Assembly (NCBI GenBank): GCA_002104945.1
Contig: MCFH01000004.1
Coordinates: 1 to 64,000 of the forward strand
DNA: 64,000 nt
Origin: Piromyces finnis finn
Taxonomy: Eukaryota > Fungi > Neocallimastigomycota
Direction: 5' to 3'
A program made the position numbers and the translations under genes. This document shows positions 43,972 through 64,000 of the stretch, piece by piece; the first letter of the stretch is position 1, and each line of letters begins with the position of its first letter. Under the pieces are notes generated by a model. That model saw only the letters and a list, made by a program, of their open reading frames with translations, did no database searches and was not told the origin of the DNA.

Positions 43972-44757
43972 AACGGTTGCTATAAACTCAAAAGAAATAT
44001 GTATAGAATAATACAGATTATTATACAGATAACAATTAAACATTAACAGAAAGTATTTATTATTTAAAAATTAATAAAATAAATGGCATATTATCTACAA
44101 TAACTATTAAAATAGTTATATATAATAAAATAATAAAAAATCAAATATTTCAAATGTTTGCTCTAAGTAAATTTAATTGTTAATAGATTTAAATATAAAA
44201 TAATTATTAATTGCTAAATATATAGAATTGATGTTGTTTTTCTCTTACATTACATTTTTTAATATATTTTTTTATATTTTGAATCTTTTTTTTTTTTTTT
44301 TTTTACATAAAAAAAAGTTTAATATTATTAAAAATTAAATTTTTTTAATAATGTACAATGATATTTATAAAAATTCAATCTTATTTCTAATTTTATAATA
44401 AATATTGAATTTTTAAATAAATAATAGATTTAATGATAATTACTCATTTTCTTTAAGAAAATAACATGATATTACAAAAATTTAAAATAACATTATTTAC
44501 TAAACTTAATAAAATCAGAAATAATTAAAATAATACATATTGATTATATAATTAAATATTAATAGATGCATTAAATAGAGATAATGAGAATTAATTTAAT
44601 AATAATTACTTTTTTTATTTAAAATTAAAAATGAAATATAACAAATAGATTAAATATAATAAATTAATATAATATTCTTTTATAAAAATAATTATTATTA
44701 TTATTTTCATATTAAATGTATTAATAAACAATTTTTTGTATCTATTCTATATTTTGT

Positions 44758-57694
<12,937 letters not shown>

Positions 57695-57886
57695 CTATAT
57701 TTAATTATATTTGTTTTTAAGAAAATTCATTAAAATTTTTAGTATTTAGTATTATTATTATATTACTTATTTATATCTACATCTATTTCTATAGTATTAT
57801 AAGCAATTATATAATTGAAATTTTTATATTAGCAAAAAATAATCTTCTTATATTTATTGATTGATAGTATAAATTGTAATATTTTA

Positions 57887-57947
<61 letters not shown>

Positions 57948-60900
57948 ATACTTCCAAAATTCAATGATTTAATTTTTATATTATTAACATTTATTGAATA
58001 CTTAATAAAAATTTTGGTTTATTTTCATTAAAATAAAAAGGAAAACTATGGTGAATAGTCTAACTTGCTAAATTTTTATTTAATTATCTATTTAATTTCC
58101 TTTTCCTAATAGTTGAATTAATTATTTGATTCTTTCTTTATCTCACAATTAAATTACAATTATTAATTACTTAGTTATTTTTTTTTAGAATTGTATAGAA
58201 TTCAAATAATTGGAAAATATATAAATTATAATATATACACTCGGGAAAAAAAAAAAAAAAAAAAAAAAAAGCATAATAAACATAATAAACATAATAATAG
58301 TATTTATTATTAATTTGAATCTTACTTCTGTAAATGTATTCATTTGAGGTTTATTTCTGAATATAATTTAAAATAAAATCAACAAATGTTTATATTCTTT
58401 ATTCTTTTATATTTTCTTATATAATAATATGGATAATTGCAACAAATATTAAATCAATTTTTATTGTATTTCTTACACTATTTTAAAATAAATGTTTTAG
58501 TCTTTTTTTTACAATAAAATATTTCTTTTCTATTATTTTTTTTGTGCTTTGTTGTATTCTCTATAATTAATTGTAAATAGTATTCATATTTACATATTTA
58601 CATTTATACAATTTGCATTAAAGAGATATTTATATTATTTTATATAATAATTTTATATATAAATATCTTTCTTTTTGTTTTTCTCTTTACTTTTATATAT
58701 ATATATAATATGTAATATTTTTTATAATTTTATAATATAATTATTATTTAATCATATAATAATTAATAAAAAAAAGTATTAAGAAAATATTTAGCATATA
58801 ATAAAAGTAAATTCAAGTATAATAATTAAAAAAAAAAAAAAAAGAAGGTGAAGGATAATAATATTTTTTGAATCATACATATATATAAATAATTTTAAAT
58901 ATTTAAAAATTAAAAATTTAAATTTAAAATTGTTTAAATGCTAAGATATCTTTAATATAAAAAAAGTTTACCTAAATAAATATTTATAAAATAGGTAATA
59001 ATATTATTTGCTATATACCTTTTTTAATCTGTGATTAATAATTAAAAATGAAAAAGTAAATATATCTATTATAATACAATTTAATTAGAATATATCAATA
59101 ATTTTAACAATTTTGTAAAATATATTAATATAAACCATAATTATTAACAGCACATAATATATAATTTTAAATATAAAGATTTTTAAAGTTAATAACGATA
59201 AAAAAAAAACTTTTATAAAAAATAATATAAATATTTATAAATCTTAAAAAAAATAAAAATATTTTTATTATAAATTATTCTTTTAACAATTTTTATAAAA
59301 TTTGGCAAAATATACATTAACATCATGTAGCATATTAAATATTTCTATATATATAGATATGATATTAAATAAAACTTTAAAAATCAAAAATGAAACTTTA
59401 AAAACTTTAAATGGTAAAATCAATACCATAAAATTAATAAAGTAATATAGAATATTACACCTGAAAATTGGTTTTATTTTCTATTAGAAAATATTATTAC
59501 AAAAAATAATATAATTAAATATTCATCATAAATATAATACATAAAAAGTGAAAATAGAAGTAATCAAGAATAAATTAGTATATATAATATATAAAATTTT
59601 TATATATTATATAATCTAACCTTTGGATCAACTTTCTCAAAATTAATTTTAGGATTAGAAGTTTTTTATTTAAAAAAAAATCATTCTAGAAAATACAAAA
59701 AAAAAATATAATCTTTATATTTTATATGTATATATTGCTATTAAGAATGTTATAATTGAGTATAAAACTATTATAAATTATAAAAAAACTTAAATACGTA
59801 TATTCTTTTATGATTTATGCTAACTTGTCTAAAATTGAATAAAACTTTTAAACTTAAATTCATTTTCTAAAAAAAAAAAAATATTATTTATTATTATAAA
59901 GATTATAATTACAATACATTTTTTAAATAACATTTGCTATTATCCCAATATTCTAATAATAAAGTATTTATTAGAAACTTGAAATTTAAAAATCAATTCT
60001 TAGAATATATATTAAAATATTTTATTTTTAGATCAATTTATTTATTTAATATTATATTCATTTATTTATATAATTAAATATTTATATAACTATTCATTTA
60101 ATAAATATATATTTTTTATTCTTTTTTTTTAATATAATTATTTCTATATTTGTATATAATGAATATTCATGTTTTATTTATATATTATTTTAAGTTATCT
60201 TTTAATAAGAAACAAACCAAAGATGATCAAAATTTAGTAGCCAGTAAAATTAATATAATTTTAATTACATTTGATTACTGTAATATATTACTTTAAATTT
60301 AAAATATATATACTTATTAAATTTATACAAATATGGAAGTAGTTTATTAGTAATTGTTTTTTATTTTAATTAAAAGTAGTAACTATGCTATATAGTATAG
60401 TATAGGTATAGTATAATTACAATGTATAATCAATTTAATATTTCAAAAAAAATATTAAAAATACCAATTTTAGGAAAAAAAAAAAGGTAAATGAAGAAAA
60501 TAGGTCGGAAGAAGAAACACATCCTAAAGCTAAGAAGAATATAATAATTATTATTTTGTTATTTGTGGATGGATTGCATTATTTATATATTATTTATATC
60601 CTAAAGAATGTTATGAAGAATAAAAGTTATTATTTTAATTAAGTATTTTTATATTTTTACAAATATTTATAAAATATGGATAATAAATGCATCTTTTTTT
60701 TTTTTATTTTACAACTTTTGAAAATTGAAACTAATACTAAATAATTTATTAAAGTTTATTCTTTAGTATTGGTTTCAATTTTCAAAAGGAACATCATACT
60801 ATGTAATATAAAATAAAATATATCTTTAAAAATTAACAAAACTAAAAGAAAAAAAATATAAGAAGTTATTGCTGTTATAATTGAATAACATCAATAGAAT

Positions 60901-61887
60901 TTCAATTAAATTAAAACATTCATAGTTAATGTACACAAGATATTAATATTTTAACTTCTAGCAAAGTAATAAATAAAATAAAAAAAAGTACTAACAATCC
61001 CGGTCAATTTAACTATTGATTAATATTAATATTATTATTATAAGTAGTATTATAATTATTTGAATTTATGAGTGTTTTTTTTTTTTTATTATTTTATATA
61101 ATTTTATTCATGATATAAAACACAATTTTACATAATTTTGTATTATGAATTAATTTATTTTTATATTGTTATAATTATTCTAAACTGGGTATATTATGTG
61201 TGTACTAATTTATATCCAATAAATTTTAATATTTAGAATTGTATATTGTGTATAAATTTTTATTGATAATTTTTTTTGTTTTTTTTATTAATAATCAATT
61301 TTATAACTATTTAATAAGGTACATTAGTAAAGTAATTATTTAACTAAAATTAAATGAACAAAAACAAAAAAAAAAAAAAAAAAGATAAAGAAACAAAAGA
61401 AAAAAAGAAATAATACATAATAATGTAAATTAATATGTAAAAATATTAAATGTAAAATAAAAATATATATATAATAAAATATATTATTAATAATTATTAA
61501 TAAGGAATAAAATTGTAAAAAGAAAGTAAATAAAAATAACATTGATATTATAAAGATGGAATGTTATTTTTATGACAATATTTTTATAACATAAAGAATT
61601 TAATTTGGTACAAAGAAAGTAACAAGTGAATAGAACAAATAGTAAATAAAAGCAAATATATATTGCTAAAGATGGAATAAAATTTTAAATTTGTTATTAA
61701 ATCATAATATACAATAAAGATGTAGATTATAATGTTATTAAATTTTAACAAATTTAAGAATATTATAAATTTAATTATTATTAGATATATATATATTTTT
61801 TATCACCAATAAATACTAAATATTTATTGTTTAACATTTTATTAATATTTTAATACTATTAATAAAAAAAGTATTTAAATAAATACC

Positions 61888-63112
61888 ATGGCTTCTATTG
61901 CTGAACTTAACAAAATTTTAATTACCACTCCAGAAAAGGCTACACCAGAAATCGCCGCACAATGTATGGAATACATTATGACCGGTCAAGCTAGCGAAGC
62001 TCAAATTGCTGCTTTCCTTTTATCTTTACGTTTCAATAAGTTTGATCTTGACTCTAAATACATTGCTGCCTGTGGTAAGGTCATGCGTTCAAAGGCTGTT
62101 AATGTTGATACTGGTGATTTTGCTGATCAAATTGTTGATATAGTCGGTACTGGAGGTGATGGTCATGATACTTTTAATGTTTCTACCACTGCTGGTCTTA
62201 TTGCTGCTGCTGCTGGTTGTTATGTTACTAAGGTATGTGAAAGAGTGAAAAAAATATTTATATAATAAAATTTATTCTAAAAAATATAAAGATATAAGTT
62301 ATAAATAATTATTTAATAGAACCAGTACAATTTCAGAAAATAAAATAAAATAATTTAATAGTAACTTTTATTAACATATAAATGTATATATTTATATTTA
62401 TATATTTTGATAGCACGGTAATGTTGCTGCTTCTTCAAAAAGTGGTTCAGCTAATATCTTAGAAGAAGCTGGTGTTATGATTAGAAATATTAAACCAGAA
62501 ATGGTCAAGGGTATGATTGAAAGAAACAATTATTGTTTCTTATTTGCTCAAACTTATCACCCAGCTATGAGATTTGTTGGTCCAACTAGAAAGCAATTAG
62601 TTGTTTCTACTGTTTTCAATTATTTAGGTCCATTAAACAACCCATGTCACACTAAGAGAATGGTTGTTGGTGTTCACTCTACTTACCTTGGTCAAATTAT
62701 GGCTGAAGCTTTAATGTATTCAGGTGTCGAAAGAGGTATGGTTGTCTGCGGTGATGAAGGTTTAGATGAAATTAGTCCAGAACGTGATACCCACGTTTGG
62801 GAAATTGAAAACAATACTATTACTAAGAAGATTATTTCTCCAGAAGATTTTGGTGTTGAAAGATATCCATTAGATTCTGAAAGCATGAAGGGTGGTGATG
62901 CTAAGGAAAATGCTCAAATCTTAAAGGAACTCTTCAACAATGAAAGAAAAGATCATCTTCTTGACTGGGTTTTAATGAACGCTAGTGCTTTATGTTACGT
63001 TGCTGGTAAGGGTAAGGACTTTAAAGAATGTATGAAGATTACCAGAGAAGCTGTTGAAAGTGGAAAGGCTAAAACAGTTCTCGAAAATTTAATTAAGGAT
63101 ACTCAAGCTTAA
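61888..63112 (+). CDS. TRP4: Anthranilate phosphoribosyltransferase, 2 exons (61888-62232, 62414-63112), 347 aa
   Basis: VDIVGTGGDGHDTFNVSTTA, K|HGN..ASSKSGSA, FLFAQTYHPAM, R..L...TVFNYLGPLNNP, GLDEISP and MNASA motifs. The GT-AG intron keeps the frame. Confidence 0.95.
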
Positions 63113-63900
63113 ATTTATTGTCATAAACCTGGCTAAATATTAATATACATAATTAATATTTAGAATATTGCTTGATAACATTCTCTTTTTTTTTTTTTTT
63201 TATTACGAAAAAAGAAAGAAAATCAATTATTTAATCATTTAATTATAAGACACATTTTGTAAAATATATTTTTTAAATTAGATACCAATAAATAACAATC
63301 CCATTAAAAAGAAAAAAAAAAGATTTATATTAAGATATGCTCTAAGAGTAGAAAATACCATATTATAAACATAAATAAATGAACAAATAATGTTATCATA
63401 GTATTAATTATTATTATAATTAAGAACGAAACAAAACAAAACAAAGCAAAAATATCAAAACAATAACAACAAAACAATAAAAGTAAATAATAAATTATAT
63501 TAGTTGAAAATCTCAATATAAAAAATAAAGTTGTATTTAACATAAAAAATAAATATTTGAAATATATATTTATATTTAAGAATAATATATTAAAAAGCAT
63601 TATTAATAATTTTATTTATATTTAATAAATGAATGAATAAAACTATAAATAATGCATCATCATAATGTAATAACAAACTAAAAAAAAAAAAAATAAAATA
63701 AAAAATAAATATTGTTATAAACAATTTAAATAATAGTGTTACTAATTAAATAAAAAATTATCAAACTATGCACTTTATTTTTAATATAAGAAATTAAAAA
63801 AATTATAACTGTTTAATTTTCAATCGTTTAATAATAGTATTATAATCTAAATATGATTATTATAAACACAAAATTATTATTTAATTGTTAAATAGTAGAT

Positions 63901-63933
<33 letters not shown>

Positions 63934-64000
63934 CATTATAATAAAAATAATTAAATCTATTTTTTATTTTTACTAATATTATTATCATTATTATAAAAAG

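Overview
Extremely AT-rich, intron-rich eukaryotic DNA, most consistent with an anaerobic gut fungus (Neocallimastigomycota; inferred from composition, poly-Asn microsatellites and fungal-type THR1/TRP4, not from a database match). The left ~28.3 kb is a retrotransposon island. It holds two apparently intact, very young Ty3/Gypsy elements on the minus strand. Element A (1352-8892) has a -1 gag/pol frameshift and a chromodomain-like tail; element B (16283-22030) has a single gag-pol ORF and no chromodomain. The island also holds solo LTRs, a decayed Ty1/Copia element, other pol remnants and one intact tRNA-Ser(TGA). The right ~35 kb is host genes: THR1, a large Asn-rich coiled-coil gene, an Mss4/RABIF-like gene, TRM61/GCD14, a MyTH4-FERM myosin and TRP4. 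Most interesting observations: (1) two different LTR families inserted at essentially the same base 17-18 bp upstream of the tRNA-Ser gene, suggesting Ty3-like Pol III targeting; (2) both intact gypsy elements have Tf1-type self-priming sites instead of a tRNA PBS; (3) the copia element has a PBS matching the anticodon arm of tRNA-Lys(CUU), i.e. a half-tRNA primer; (4) the myosin has about 46 FH1-like polyproline repeats inserted inside its first FERM domain. All alignments were done by eye.
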